Source of the DNA: an uncultured Nitrososphaerota archaeon
Lineage (GTDB): Archaea > Thermoproteota > Nitrososphaeria > Nitrososphaerales > Gagatemarchaeaceae
NCBI GenBank assembly: GCA_963703285.1
Contig: OY969807.1
Location: 640,001 to 704,000 of the forward strand
Length of the DNA: 64,000 bases
Direction: 5' to 3'
Each line of letters starts with the position of its first letter. Positions within the stretch are counted from its first letter, which is position 1. Positions 29,899 to 39,870 of the stretch are shown here, piece by piece. The position numbers were made by a program, and so were the translations under genes. Under the pieces are notes generated by a model that was not told where the DNA came from, did not search any database, and worked only from the letters and a program-made list of their open reading frames with translations.

Positions 29899-31965
29899 GT
29901 GTCGAGTGAGAAGACATACTCGGGCCTCCGCTTCTGGGTCCTCTTCCTCGCGGGTCTCTCGTTCGTCGACCTCTCGATAATGCTGGTGGTCGTCACCCTC
30001 CACGCCGCCTGGCCCGACTACGTGCAGATTCCAATCCTGGACTGGATCATCTACGCGCTCAGCGGGGTGGCCGTGGCGTCCGCGGTGGCGGCGCTCTGCG
30101 TGTATCGCTTCGGCAGGGCCAGCCACAGGACTGCGCTGACCGCCATCATCTCCGCGACGACGGGGGTGCTCTTCGCAGACCTCGCGGCCATCGCCCTCCA
30201 CGCTTTCTTCCCCCACGCTATCGCGGTGACGGAGGTCCCCGTCGCCGCCCTGACTCCGATGACGTACATCCTGGGCGGGGCTTCGGCGGCCTCCATCATC
30301 CTGGGGCTCGGGTGGTTCCTCCTGAGGTACCCCCAGCACAGGACCGTCCTCCTCCTCGTCGTCCTGCTGACCACGGGCGTTCTAATCGCGCACCTCTACA
30401 CCATCAACAGCCCGCCCGCGTACACCCCCTACAATCTCTCCGGGTCGATTGGAGGGACGGTGCACGACCCAAGGGTTACCGTGACTACCGTCGTCGCTGG
30501 CCCGAGCGTCGCCGTGACGGTGAGTGACACCGGAGGAGACGCCATAAGCCACGTGGCGGTCTCCTGGGGGGGCACGGAGCTGCCCACCTCGGGCTTCGCC
30601 TTGGAGCCGAGCGTCACGCAACCTCTCCTCCCCGGGAACGAGATTAGCGGCAACTGGACTCTCCAGTCCACTCCAACCGGCGGGGTCACCGTGTCATACG
30701 TCGACTTGAGCTGCTACGACGTCTCGAAGCAGGTACAGGGTTGCGTCATGGACGAGATCTACTACATTCCCGCAGCGCAGACGCTCCTCTCTGGCGAGAA
30801 GTGCGGGCCGTACGCGGACAACTGCAACCTAGAGCATCCCTTCCTCTCCAAGGCGTTCATCGCCGCGGGCATATCCCTCTTCGGGAACAACGACTTCGGC
30901 TGGAGAATCTTCGACGCGCTCCTTGGGACGATGTCCATCCCCGTCGTCTTCGGGATATGCTGGTCCATCACCAAGGACCCGAGGCTCTCTGTCTTCGCCG
31001 CGTACCTCATCGGCTTCGAGACGCTCTTCTTCATCCAGTCGAGCATAGCGGTCATAGACATCCAGATGATCTTCTTCTCGCTGCTCGCCTTCCTCGTGTA
31101 CCTTGCCAACATACGCGTATGGCGGCTCGACAGGATAACGCTCTCCGCGATCCTGCTAGGGATCTCGGCACTCAACAAGGAGACCGCGGTCTTCTTGGTG
31201 GCCTTCCTCGTCGTCTACAACCTCCTCTTCGGGACGGGAGACGGGCGAACGAGGTTCCTCTCGTCGCTGAGGATGCTGATCATCGTCATCGTGGTCTTCG
31301 CAGCGGGCCTGCAGCTCTACGTGACGCTCTTCGGGAACCCCCAGACCACCACCTTTGTCGCGGACATCCAGTACATACTGAAATACGGCGGCTCCCTGAG
31401 ATGCCTCCCTACCAGCTGCGGCTGGGGGTTCTATGGCAACGGCCAGGCGCCGTGGATCACGCCCTTCAGCTGGATGACCTACTACCCCGCAGTCGGCTAC
31501 TTCGTCTCGAGGGAGCTGGTGAACAACGTCCCGAAGTACGTCCTGCTGGGCTACTGGGGCGTAACCGACTTCTTCGAGATCTGGCTGACGTGGATTTGGG
31601 TCCCGTACGTGGGGTACCTCGCCTACAAGCTGTGGACGAGCCGAGCCGCCATCGTCCAGGACGTCACGACTGCGCTGAACATCGACACGCCCTCGTTCAG
31701 GCTGGCCTCCTTCGCGCTCCTCTGGTACCTCATCGCCTACCTCCCCTACATCGGGCTCTACGTTTACGGCAGGGTCACCTATCCCTACTACATGCTCCCG
31801 GTGATGCCCGCGATAGCGATCGGGTGCGCCTTCCTTCTGACCAGGAAGTGGTTCCCCCGCGAGGTCGCATACGTCCTCCTCGGCGGCGTCTTCCTCTGGT
31901 TCTTCCTCTACTACCCCGACAAGAACTTCCTCCCGACCTGGCTGAGGATCATCCTGGGGCACTAG
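29899..31965 (+). CDS. GT39 (PMT-like) protein O-mannosyltransferase with an inserted extracellular Ig-like domain
   Basis: MDEIYY, NLEHPFLSK, FGWR, K.TA, YPYYMLP; multi-TM. Confidence 0.85.
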   Translation: MSSEKTYSGLRFWVLFLAGLSFVDLSIMLVVVTLHAAWPDYVQIPILDWIIYALSGVAVASAVAALCVYRFGRASHRTALTAIISATTGVLFADLAAIALHAFFPHAIAVTEVPVAALTPMTYILGGASAASIILGLGWFLLRYPQHRTVLLLVVLLTTGVLIAHLYTINSPPAYTPYNLSGSIGGTVHDPRVTVTTVVAGPSVAVTVSDTGGDAISHVAVSWGGTELPTSGFALEPSVTQPLLPGNEISGNWTLQSTPTGGVTVSYVDLSCYDVSKQVQGCVMDEIYYIPAAQTLLSGEKCGPYADNCNLEHPFLSKAFIAAGISLFGNNDFGWRIFDALLGTMSIPVVFGICWSITKDPRLSVFAAYLIGFETLFFIQSSIAVIDIQMIFFSLLAFLVYLANIRVWRLDRITLSAILLGISALNKETAVFLVAFLVVYNLLFGTGDGRTRFLSSLRMLIIVIVVFAAGLQLYVTLFGNPQTTTFVADIQYILKYGGSLRCLPTSCGWGFYGNGQAPWITPFSWMTYYPAVGYFVSRELVNNVPKYVLLGYWGVTDFFEIWLTWIWVPYVGYLAYKLWTSRAAIVQDVTTALNIDTPSFRLASFALLWYLIAYLPYIGLYVYGRVTYPYYMLPVMPAIAIGCAFLLTRKWFPREVAYVLLGGVFLWFFLYYPDKNFLPTWLRIILGH

Positions 31966-32046
31966 CGTTTGCATCGCTGGCTAAAACCCACCTCAGGGTG
32001 ACAATATTTTTCTACACCTTTCTGTGAAAAGGGGAGGTGAGAAGCC

Positions 32047-32787
32047 TTGAGTCGAGTCGCGGACGTCAAGTCGCGTATATCCTCGGTGGAGCTCCTTTCG
32101 ACGCTCAAGAAGAACTACAGCTACAAGGAGCTGTCGGCGATCCTTGGTCTCTCTGCGCCCATCCTGAGCCGCTACGTGAGGGGGCACGTGCTGCCCAGCG
32201 CCGCGAGGTCGGAGAAGTTCGTCGCGGTCTTCCGCGAGAAGCTCCTCAGGAAGATCGTCGCTGACCAGATCAAGGTGACGCCCGATGGCACCTACGACCT
32301 CTCGCGGGCGGTGACGGACGTGGGGCTCCTCGCCCAGATCGCCAAGGTGGTCTACGGGGAGTTCGGCCCCTCCCAGGTTCACAAGGTCCTGACGATGGAG
32401 GTGGACGGTGTCCCTCTCGCGGTCGAGGTCGCGGGGGAGTTCAACGTCAACGTCGCAATCGCAAAGTCCGAACGGGACCAGGGGATAGAGGACTTCTACG
32501 AGCATAGGGTCGTCTACTCGCCTGACTCTATGAAGTACCTCTACCTGCCGAAGAGCGCGATAAAGAAGGGCGAGCACGTGCTGATCGTCGATGACTTCAT
32601 ACAGTCGGGGATCACCATAGACGCGCTCGTCAAGCTCGCCGAGAAGGCGAAGGCGAGGGTGGTGGGGATCTTCACCATCGCCTCGATGGAGCAGTCCCTC
32701 CCCAAGCTCAAGGAGCGGCTCAACCTCAACTGCCCGGTGGAATCGCTCGTGACGCTGCCCCACACGCAGAGGCACTACAATTTCTGA
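32047..32787 (+). CDS. HTH + phosphoribosyltransferase (PurR/APRT-like)
   Basis: N-terminal HTH (YSYKELSAILGLSAPILSRY) and PRPP loop VLIVDDFIQSGIT. Confidence 0.88.
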   Translation: MSRVADVKSRISSVELLSTLKKNYSYKELSAILGLSAPILSRYVRGHVLPSAARSEKFVAVFREKLLRKIVADQIKVTPDGTYDLSRAVTDVGLLAQIAKVVYGEFGPSQVHKVLTMEVDGVPLAVEVAGEFNVNVAIAKSERDQGIEDFYEHRVVYSPDSMKYLYLPKSAIKKGEHVLIVDDFIQSGITIDALVKLAEKAKARVVGIFTIASMEQSLPKLKERLNLNCPVESLVTLPHTQRHYNF

Positions 32788-32798
32788 GGTGGGCATCG

Positions 32799-33659
32799 TT
32801 GGACGCGATATCGATCGACAGGGAGTTCGTCTCAGCGAGGATCCCTCCGAGGAAGGCTGATTCCCACAAGGGCATGAACGGGAAGGCCGCCATCGTCGGC
32901 GGGAGCAGGATCTACCACGGGGCTCCCTTCAACGCCGCGATGGCCGCGCTGCGTTCGGGCATCGACCTCGTGTACCTGGCGGTCCCGGCGGTCATAGCGA
33001 CCCCCGTTAGGGCGATGTCCGCCGACCTCATAGTCATCCCGATGCCGGACAGCAAGCTCACGAGGGGAAACGCCAACAGGCTGACCTCCTGGCTGCCGGA
33101 GCTCGACTCCATCGGGATAGGGCCCGGGCTGGGACCCCAGAACCCCGAGGACCTGGCGCACGCGCTTACCCGCCTCTCGACAAAGAGCAAGTCCCTCGTA
33201 GTCGACGCCGACGCGCTAAGACCCCAGATCGTCGGTGTCGTCAAGAGCATCCCGACCATAGTCACGCCGCACTACGGCGAGTTCGAGAGGCTCTTCTCCG
33301 CAAAAGTGGAGGGAGGGTTGGAGGACAGGGTCAGGCTGGTCAAAGAGAAGGCGAGGGAGTCTGGGATGACGGTCCTCCTGAAGGGCCCCGTCGACATCAT
33401 CAGCGATGGAGAGAGGGTCGCCCTGAACGAGGCGCACACCCCCGCCATGACTACGGGGGGAACCGGGGACGTGCTGACAGGCCTGGTCACCGGCCTCTCA
33501 GCCAAGGGCATCCCTCCCTTCGAGGCGGCGTGCTGCGCCGCATACATCAACGGGTCAGCGGGAATCGAGGTCGTCAAGAAGAGGGGCCTCCACATGGCCG
33601 GGGGGGACCTGATAGACGAAATCCCCGCCGTGATGCGGGCCTTCGACCGCGTTGTCTGA
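32799..33659 (+). CDS. nnrD: NAD(P)H-hydrate dehydratase
   Basis: HKG..G, GGS..YHGAP, GPGLG, VVDADAL, TPHYGEF, GGTGDVL. Confidence 0.92.
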   Translation: MDAISIDREFVSARIPPRKADSHKGMNGKAAIVGGSRIYHGAPFNAAMAALRSGIDLVYLAVPAVIATPVRAMSADLIVIPMPDSKLTRGNANRLTSWLPELDSIGIGPGLGPQNPEDLAHALTRLSTKSKSLVVDADALRPQIVGVVKSIPTIVTPHYGEFERLFSAKVEGGLEDRVRLVKEKARESGMTVLLKGPVDIISDGERVALNEAHTPAMTTGGTGDVLTGLVTGLSAKGIPPFEAACCAAYINGSAGIEVVKKRGLHMAGGDLIDEIPAVMRAFDRVV

Positions 33660-33679
33660 CGCGCCGATTGCCGGGAGTT

Positions 33680-34153
33680 TCAGTCCGAGTCGGAGACTAT
33701 GTTCGTCTTCTCGGTTATGGTCTGGCCGTTCGACATCGTGGCCTGGACGGTGATGGTGTACGTCGTCGAGAGCGCTCCTCCCGAAGTGAACGAGTAGAAC
33801 CCGGAGGAGTACAGACCTATCTCGAGCTGGTTGGAGACGCTCACGACGCGGCCCCCTGATGTGAAGGGCGTGAACTCCGCGAAGCCGGCTAGGCCCGGCG
33901 CGGCGCTGAGAACGGTGATGTTCGTAAAGGGATAGTTGGCCGCGTTGAAGACCGTTATGTTCATGATTCCTGCTCCGAGGTCGTTGCCTATCATGATCTC
34001 TCCTTGGATGTTGAAGAGGCAGGGCACCGGTGGAATGAGGCACGCCGCAGCCCCGGACCTGTTCCTGCCAATGTCTGTCGTCACTATCCCCGCCAGGCCC
34101 GCGGCCGCTAGTACAACAATCGCTGCTATCGCAAGCGTCCTTCTGGCCAGCAT
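33680..34153 (-). CDS. secreted pilin-like/Ig-fold protein, paralog 1
   Basis: RR + hydrophobic N-terminus; CLIPPVPC; similar to 35580..36113 and 37340..37822. Confidence 0.65.
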   Translation of the reverse strand: MLARRTLAIAAIVVLAAAGLAGIVTTDIGRNRSGAAACLIPPVPCLFNIQGEIMIGNDLGAGIMNITVFNAANYPFTNITVLSAAPGLAGFAEFTPFTSGGRVVSVSNQLEIGLYSSGFYSFTSGGALSTTYTITVQATMSNGQTITEKTNIVSDSD

Positions 34154-34251
34154 GACGGCGAGGCCTTGCGAGGCTCGCTAATTACGCCTATCCCCAAACG
34201 ACCTTCGCAAGACCGTCGTCAGGTCCCGGGGCGTCATCAGGAGCGCCCCGC

Positions 34252-35451
34252 TCAGGCTTCGGGCCTTCTCCTTACGATGATGAGGCTCGCTGTGGCCAAA
34301 CCCAGGGCGAGCGCGCCGACCACCGTGAGGAGCTCCGTGGGGTACCCCGGAGAGCCCGACGAGCTCTTCGGCGACGTCGAGGAAGGCGTCTGAATCAGTT
34401 CCGAGACGGTCGATGTCACGGTCGTCGCCCCTCCCGAGGACTGACCGGTCGCCTGCGCGGAGGAGACGCTCGCTGGGATGAGGTCCGGGCCGCTGGACGC
34501 GGTCGCTGGGGTTGCGGAGGTTCCCGTCGACACCGTGTTCGGTGTCTCTCCTCCGGCCGGCGTGACCCAGTAGTCGGTCTGCTGCAGCCTGAGCGTGATC
34601 GTCCCGCTCGTCTGCGGAGGCACGATCAGGACGGAGCCCGCGAGTCCGACGTACGAAGGCTCCCAGTTGACGGTCACGTTGACGACCTGGCCTCCGATGC
34701 TCACCTGGACTGTGCTGTGGCTGACGGGCGTGCTTACCGGGACCCAGTCCCAGGCCGTCACCTCGAGGGGCGCGGCGGGCACGATCAGCTTTGCGATCCC
34801 GTCCGTTCCAACCGTTCCTGACATGTTCACCCCGGCTGCCTCGGGCGGCGCGTACCACTGTCCGCCAAGAACTGAGGAGTAGACGTTGGCTCCCACGGCG
34901 GCCGTCCCGTTGACGAAGTTGACGTGGACCGCTATCGTGGTGGTCGGGTACTTGGCGACCGGCAGGGTCGAGATGGTGATGAGCGTCGGGCCGGAGACCT
35001 GCTGGACGGCGTAGCCGTACTCGGTGTCCTGATATCCGGGGTAGCACGGGAGAACGATCACCGCCGGACCCCCGCTCCCGCCAGACTGCTCCGTGGAGAC
35101 CGTCCCTGTGGATTCCGTCCCGGTAGCCAGCGGGCAGGCGTACGGGTACTCGGAAGCGGCGCTCACCGTGAAGATGTAGCTGGCGCTCGGAAGCTCGAAC
35201 GAGGCCGCCGGGTAGGGCGTTTCGTAGGTCACCAGGGCGTAGCCGGTCGAGTTGTAGGCGGTCACGGTGTAGGTCCCCACGAACGTGCTGTTGGTCGTAT
35301 GAATCATGACTTGGACTTCGTCGTAGGTCGTCCCTGTCGTCGCGGCCCTCCCGGGCGCCGCGCCCACGAGCAGGATTGTCACCAGCGACAGGCCGACGGC
35401 CAGCGCCATCATCTTGTTCCGTCTGATGCTGAGAGTTATCGGGTTACGCAC
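34252..35451 (-). CDS. secreted, C-terminally anchored S/T-rich surface protein
   Basis: Signal peptide, beta-rich body, S/T linker, TM + RRR tail. Confidence 0.75.
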   Translation of the reverse strand: MRNPITLSIRRNKMMALAVGLSLVTILLVGAAPGRAATTGTTYDEVQVMIHTTNSTFVGTYTVTAYNSTGYALVTYETPYPAASFELPSASYIFTVSAASEYPYACPLATGTESTGTVSTEQSGGSGGPAVIVLPCYPGYQDTEYGYAVQQVSGPTLITISTLPVAKYPTTTIAVHVNFVNGTAAVGANVYSSVLGGQWYAPPEAAGVNMSGTVGTDGIAKLIVPAAPLEVTAWDWVPVSTPVSHSTVQVSIGGQVVNVTVNWEPSYVGLAGSVLIVPPQTSGTITLRLQQTDYWVTPAGGETPNTVSTGTSATPATASSGPDLIPASVSSAQATGQSSGGATTVTSTVSELIQTPSSTSPKSSSGSPGYPTELLTVVGALALGLATASLIIVRRRPEA

Positions 35452-35579
35452 TTTCTTTCACAGCATACCCTGTAGCTCGCTGCTCCCTTAATCCTAAGCA
35501 TAGAAACGGGTGTTCTCGGCATTAGAACGGAGGTACTCGCAGGCCTGGAAGGCCCCTGATAGACCGAGGTTTCCTGCGG

Positions 35580-36113
35580 CTATACGCCGGAGTCCTCAAT
35601 TGCGTCTATCATCGCTTTCTCGGTCACCACTTCTCCGCTCGTCGTCGTGACCCGAACGGTGACGGTGTAGACCCCGGAAGGACTCGCTCCGGAGATAAAC
35701 GAATAGAACGCGATGGCGGTGTCGCCGGCACCCAAGGGGCTGGACTGCTTGACCACGATGCCGTTGTCGGTGAACGGCGCGAAGACAGCCAAGCCGATCA
35801 GGCCGCTGAGAGAAGTCAACGCGGGGGCTACTGAGACTACGGTGATGCCGGCGAACGAAGACCGGGCGTCGTTGGCGACGGTCACGTTCAACATTCCCCC
35901 TCCATAGTTCGTCTCAATCCAGATTTCTCCCCCGATGCCGAAGGGGCACGGCGAGGGAAGACCAGGGCACTTGGTACCGGAAGGGGTTCCCACGGGCATG
36001 GTGAAGAGAACTCCTCCGAGGACTATCCCTGCGAGCAGGAACCCTGGAGCAATCGAAGCACCAAGGACGCCTGCGACGCCCTTCCGTCTATGTGCCAATT
36101 GGCCCCCGAGCAC
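35580..36113 (-). CDS. secreted pilin-like/Ig-fold protein, paralog 2
   Basis: RRKG-VAGVLG class-III-like signal; CPGLPSPC; GGGMLNVTVAN; YTVTV...GEVVTEK. Confidence 0.65.
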   Translation of the reverse strand: MLGGQLAHRRKGVAGVLGASIAPGFLLAGIVLGGVLFTMPVGTPSGTKCPGLPSPCPFGIGGEIWIETNYGGGMLNVTVANDARSSFAGITVVSVAPALTSLSGLIGLAVFAPFTDNGIVVKQSSPLGAGDTAIAFYSFISGASPSGVYTVTVRVTTTSGEVVTEKAMIDAIEDSGV

Positions 36114-36280
36114 TCGACGATGGGAGTCTCAACCTATGAGCCGTGGTCCGCAGCGGGCCAATGCACCACAGTTGCTTGGAGCGCGATACAGATAAGCATT
36201 TTTCAAGCGCGAACCTGAACTCGCCGCCAGTCTGCCCGCTGCTTTTATTCCTGGAAACCGCGAGCATGCCGACGCATCCG

Positions 36281-37225
36281 ATGGCTCTCACCCCGGACTC
36301 GAAGAGGTACCTGAGGCGACTCCTTCAGATTCAGACCCCCGACCTCAGCCAGCTCACGGCGCAGGGGGCTAGGGAGGTGTCCCGGCTCCTCGACGACCTC
36401 TACCGGTGGGATCCGGGCGTAGCGGTCGAGTCTCTGGAGATTCTCGTTCCGGGGGCCAAGGGTAGCCTGCCCGCACGAGTCTTCAGACCGAAGGGTCTGA
36501 GAGCGACGAAGCTCCCGGTCTTGCTGTACTTCCACGGAGGGGGCTGGGTCCTCGGGGGACACGCCGACCCCGAGATCGTCAGCACTTGCTCTTACCTCGC
36601 CTCGGCGGCTCGCTGCGCGGTCGTCTCGGTTGGCTATCGGCTCGCCCCCGAAAGCAAGTTCCCGGCGCCGGTCGAGGACGCGTACTCGGCGTTATCGTAC
36701 GTCAGCAGTGGAAAGGCGTCGACGGCCATCGACCCTGCCAGGGTCGCTGTCGGCGGCGATAGCGCGGGCGGCAACATCGCTGCCGCGCTCTGTCTCATGA
36801 CCCGCGACAGGGCGGGGCCCGCGATAACGTTCCAGCTCCTGGTCTATCCGGCGACCGACCTCTCGTTCGAGACCGCTTCCCATCGAGAGTACGGGGAGGG
36901 CTACGGGCTCTCTAGGGAGGAGATGAAGTGGTACTGGAACCACTACCTCCGGACACCCGAAGACGGAGACGATCCCTACGCATCCCCGCTGCGAGCGAGG
37001 GACCTCGGTGGGCTGCCTCCCGCCTTGGTCCTCACGGCCGAGTACGACCCCTTGAGGGACGAAGGAGAGGCCTACGCCCGCCGTCTGGCCAGCGCAGGAG
37101 TAAGGACGAGGATGGTAAGGTACGACGGCGCGATCCACGGCTTCTTCACGCTCCCCTTCGGACAGGAGGGAAGAAAAAAGGCCGCCGCCGCGCTCAAGGG
37201 TGCGTTTTCGACTCCACGAAGGTAG
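36281..37225 (+). CDS. HSL-family alpha/beta hydrolase (esterase/lipase)
   Basis: HGGGW, YRLAPE, GDSAGG, DPLRDEG, HGF; start chosen from the TATA at ~36243. Confidence 0.92.
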   Translation: MALTPDSKRYLRRLLQIQTPDLSQLTAQGAREVSRLLDDLYRWDPGVAVESLEILVPGAKGSLPARVFRPKGLRATKLPVLLYFHGGGWVLGGHADPEIVSTCSYLASAARCAVVSVGYRLAPESKFPAPVEDAYSALSYVSSGKASTAIDPARVAVGGDSAGGNIAAALCLMTRDRAGPAITFQLLVYPATDLSFETASHREYGEGYGLSREEMKWYWNHYLRTPEDGDDPYASPLRARDLGGLPPALVLTAEYDPLRDEGEAYARRLASAGVRTRMVRYDGAIHGFFTLPFGQEGRKKAAAALKGAFSTPRR

Positions 37226-37339
37226 CCTCCCCGGGTGTTCGTAGCTAGTGCCCGCGAACGAGCCATCGCGCTCATCTCATGAACGCGACCAGATGGCTTC
37301 GGGATCCCTGTCCGTTCGAAATATTGGCCGATTCCGCGG

Positions 37340-37822
37340 TCACGTCCAGGAATATGAAACTGCGGTCGTCTGCTCGGTGATGAGCTGTCCGTCCACCGTC
37401 GTCGCTGTTACGGTAAGCGTGTAGACTGTTGGAGAGGTTCCGCCGTAGTCGAAAGAGAAGTAGCCGATTGAGGCCTTTCCAACGTCTAGAGCGTTCGACG
37501 AAGTTACCACCCTGTCGTTGATGGTAAAGGGCGTGAACCGTAACAGCCCGTTGACCGGCGGGCTTATCGCGGATAGGGTGATGTTGATGAACGGCAACTG
37601 GGCGTTGTTGGTCACATTCAGGGTGACCATGCCACCGCCATAGCCGCTGCCGATGAACACGTCCGCGCTCAAGGCGAAGAGACAGACGTTCGGGCCTAGA
37701 CAGCCTCCTTTCTGGAAACCTGATCCGACCGGAAGAAGGCTGAGAGTCAGCCCGACAAGCGCGAGAATCACGACAGTCGAAACCCCTGCGATCGCGTGAT
37801 CGCTCCTGCCTCGAAGCTGCAC
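37340..37822 (-). CDS. secreted pilin-like/Ig-fold protein, paralog 3
   Basis: Hydrophobic N-terminus; CLGPNVC; GGGMVTLNVTN; YTLTVTATTVDGQLITEQT. Confidence 0.65.
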   Translation of the reverse strand: MQLRGRSDHAIAGVSTVVILALVGLTLSLLPVGSGFQKGGCLGPNVCLFALSADVFIGSGYGGGMVTLNVTNNAQLPFINITLSAISPPVNGLLRFTPFTINDRVVTSSNALDVGKASIGYFSFDYGGTSPTVYTLTVTATTVDGQLITEQTTAVSYSWT

Positions 37823-37995
37823 CGTGCATGTATGAGAGACCCTGCTATTTATTCATCCTGCGTGATGTTAACGCTTGTCTTGGTCCAGCGCAACGCTGGG
37901 CCTACGAAGTCTCTCAATATGTCGGAGAGCGTTTGGAATCTTGCCGGACTCCATTGAATCTCCGGTGTAGCAAACTGATCTCTGACGGGGGTTTC

Positions 37996-39675
37996 TCACT
38001 GCTGGACTGGTCCAGCTCCACCGCTGCCGGGCTCCTCGTTGTGCACCGGCGCTCCGCAGTTGGGGCAGAACCTCGCGCTCGGCATTATGGCGCTCCCACA
38101 GTAGGCGCAGTAGGCGGAGGCCGAAGGCGGCTGCGGCGGCGGGAATATCGGCTGGCTCATGGCCTCGCCGCTAGGCGCCTTCCTCCTGGTAAACAGCACG
38201 AGGACTACGGCAACTACCGCTATCAGCAGGACCCCTGCAGCGAAGTACGGGAGGTAGGCTGTGAGTCCGTTGGAAGGGCTGGAAGCGCTGGAGGAGGTGC
38301 TTGTGGTCGTCGTGACTACGACCAAGGAGGGTATTTGGCACGTGCCAGGGGGAAGCGCGCAGGTGCCGGAGGCCTGTCCCAGGTAGGCATAGTTGGGGGT
38401 ACCGACGGAGACCGTCGAGAAGCCGTTGCTCGCGTAGGAGACGTGCAGGTTGTACGTCGTCTCGCCCGTGTTGCCCCCAAAGCTGTAGTAGGATGGGTAG
38501 GCGCTCTGGGGACCCGTAACCGAGTTCCCGTAAAACAGGCCCATCGACGCGCTCAGCTGGGTGAAGGTCGTCGCCTCCCCGTTGCCCTCGCCGCCAAAGA
38601 CGAACTCCGTATCATAGAACTCTCCGTTGGGCACCGTGGCGTTACCCGCGACGTAGAAGTACGCGCTCTGGACTGTCGGGTCGTTGATTGTAGCGTTATC
38701 GAACCAGTCGATGGGCTTCGCTGGCGTGGTCCCGTTGGTTATCTCTTGGATGCCCATCTGGACTCTGACCCCTACTCCCTGGACGATGGACTCCCCCATC
38801 ACGAGGGCCAGCTCAAGGGGCAGACGATAGGTCGTGTTCGAGGACTGGTAGGAGTAGTAGTACCCGGTGCTCCCGAAGTTGGAGAAGGAGTAGACGTATC
38901 CTCCGTCGGTCGATGAGACGGTGCCGTTGCTGAGGACGCCCGAGACGCTGGCGTTCCAGATGTTGTCCGCCCAAGAGACCTGGTTGGTCGCGGTCACGAA
39001 GTCCGGCGTGTTCTGGGTCCAGTAGTCCTGCTGCTGGCCTCCCTTCTCGTTGATCACCAGGATGGCGTTCAGCTGGAGCGTCGCTCCCGAGAGGGTGTCG
39101 TTGAACTCGGCGGCCGACGCGTTGTAGGCCTGGAGCGAGGCTATGTCCGCGACGCCGAGGACGTCGCTGCTCTCGACCGTGTACGATGTCACCACCCCGG
39201 AGTCGTTGTACAGACCGAAGGAAGCGACCCCGGAGGGCTCGGGCGCGGTGAGGGGGTAGTAGACGTACGGGCTGGTGGGAACGGTCGAGAGAGCGAAGCT
39301 GACGTTCGCGCTGTAGCCGTAGGCGAAGAAGACGAGCCAGTAGATCCCCTCAGAGACGCTCATGGAGTGCGTGGCGCTGCTACTGTTCACATCGTAGAGC
39401 GAGTCGGCAAGGTCCGTCGTTCCATAGCCGAAGGAGGTCGCCTGCGAGTTGGTCATGAGAGCGGTCGAGAGGGTGGCGTTGCTGCTCACGGCGAAGTAGA
39501 CCGTCGTCGGCGTCGCTGGCGCATTAAGCTGGATCGGCTCGTAATACCCGGACAGGAGGACGCCCAGCTGGTAGGGAAGCGGCGACGATGATGCCGCGTG
39601 GGGTGCGGAGACGACCGGCGAAAGGCCGATTACGAGCGCAATCAGCAGCGCGCTCGGTGCCGTACCTCTTCTCAT
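37996..39675 (-). CDS. thermopsin-family (A5) acid protease with TM anchor and C-terminal zinc ribbon
   Basis: PSGVASFGL, ATLQLNA, YWTQN, DTEFVFGG, GNTGET; C-terminal CAYCG...FCPNCG after a TM segment. Confidence 0.85.
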   Translation of the reverse strand: MRRGTAPSALLIALVIGLSPVVSAPHAASSSPLPYQLGVLLSGYYEPIQLNAPATPTTVYFAVSSNATLSTALMTNSQATSFGYGTTDLADSLYDVNSSSATHSMSVSEGIYWLVFFAYGYSANVSFALSTVPTSPYVYYPLTAPEPSGVASFGLYNDSGVVTSYTVESSDVLGVADIASLQAYNASAAEFNDTLSGATLQLNAILVINEKGGQQQDYWTQNTPDFVTATNQVSWADNIWNASVSGVLSNGTVSSTDGGYVYSFSNFGSTGYYYSYQSSNTTYRLPLELALVMGESIVQGVGVRVQMGIQEITNGTTPAKPIDWFDNATINDPTVQSAYFYVAGNATVPNGEFYDTEFVFGGEGNGEATTFTQLSASMGLFYGNSVTGPQSAYPSYYSFGGNTGETTYNLHVSYASNGFSTVSVGTPNYAYLGQASGTCALPPGTCQIPSLVVVTTTTSTSSSASSPSNGLTAYLPYFAAGVLLIAVVAVVLVLFTRRKAPSGEAMSQPIFPPPQPPSASAYCAYCGSAIMPSARFCPNCGAPVHNEEPGSGGAGPVQQ

Positions 39676-39870
39676 CGTCCGGGCCCTGACCTCGAATCTA
39701 TATACGCAGTTCAGTCGCCCAGCCCAGGTCTTCAACGCCACATTGTAACGACCGGGCGAAATGCTCACGGGGAATCCCCGAGATTGGCCCGTCTCGCTCC
39801 ACGGCTCTCATATCACGGGACCACTCGACCAACACCAACGCTTACTAACCCGGGGAGAAGGCTCGCACCC

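Noticed and set aside
37830-37995. Several short hairpins between the thermopsin gene and pilin-like paralog 3
   Set aside because: Stems of 5-6 bp are expected by chance at this GC content, and no family is recognisable
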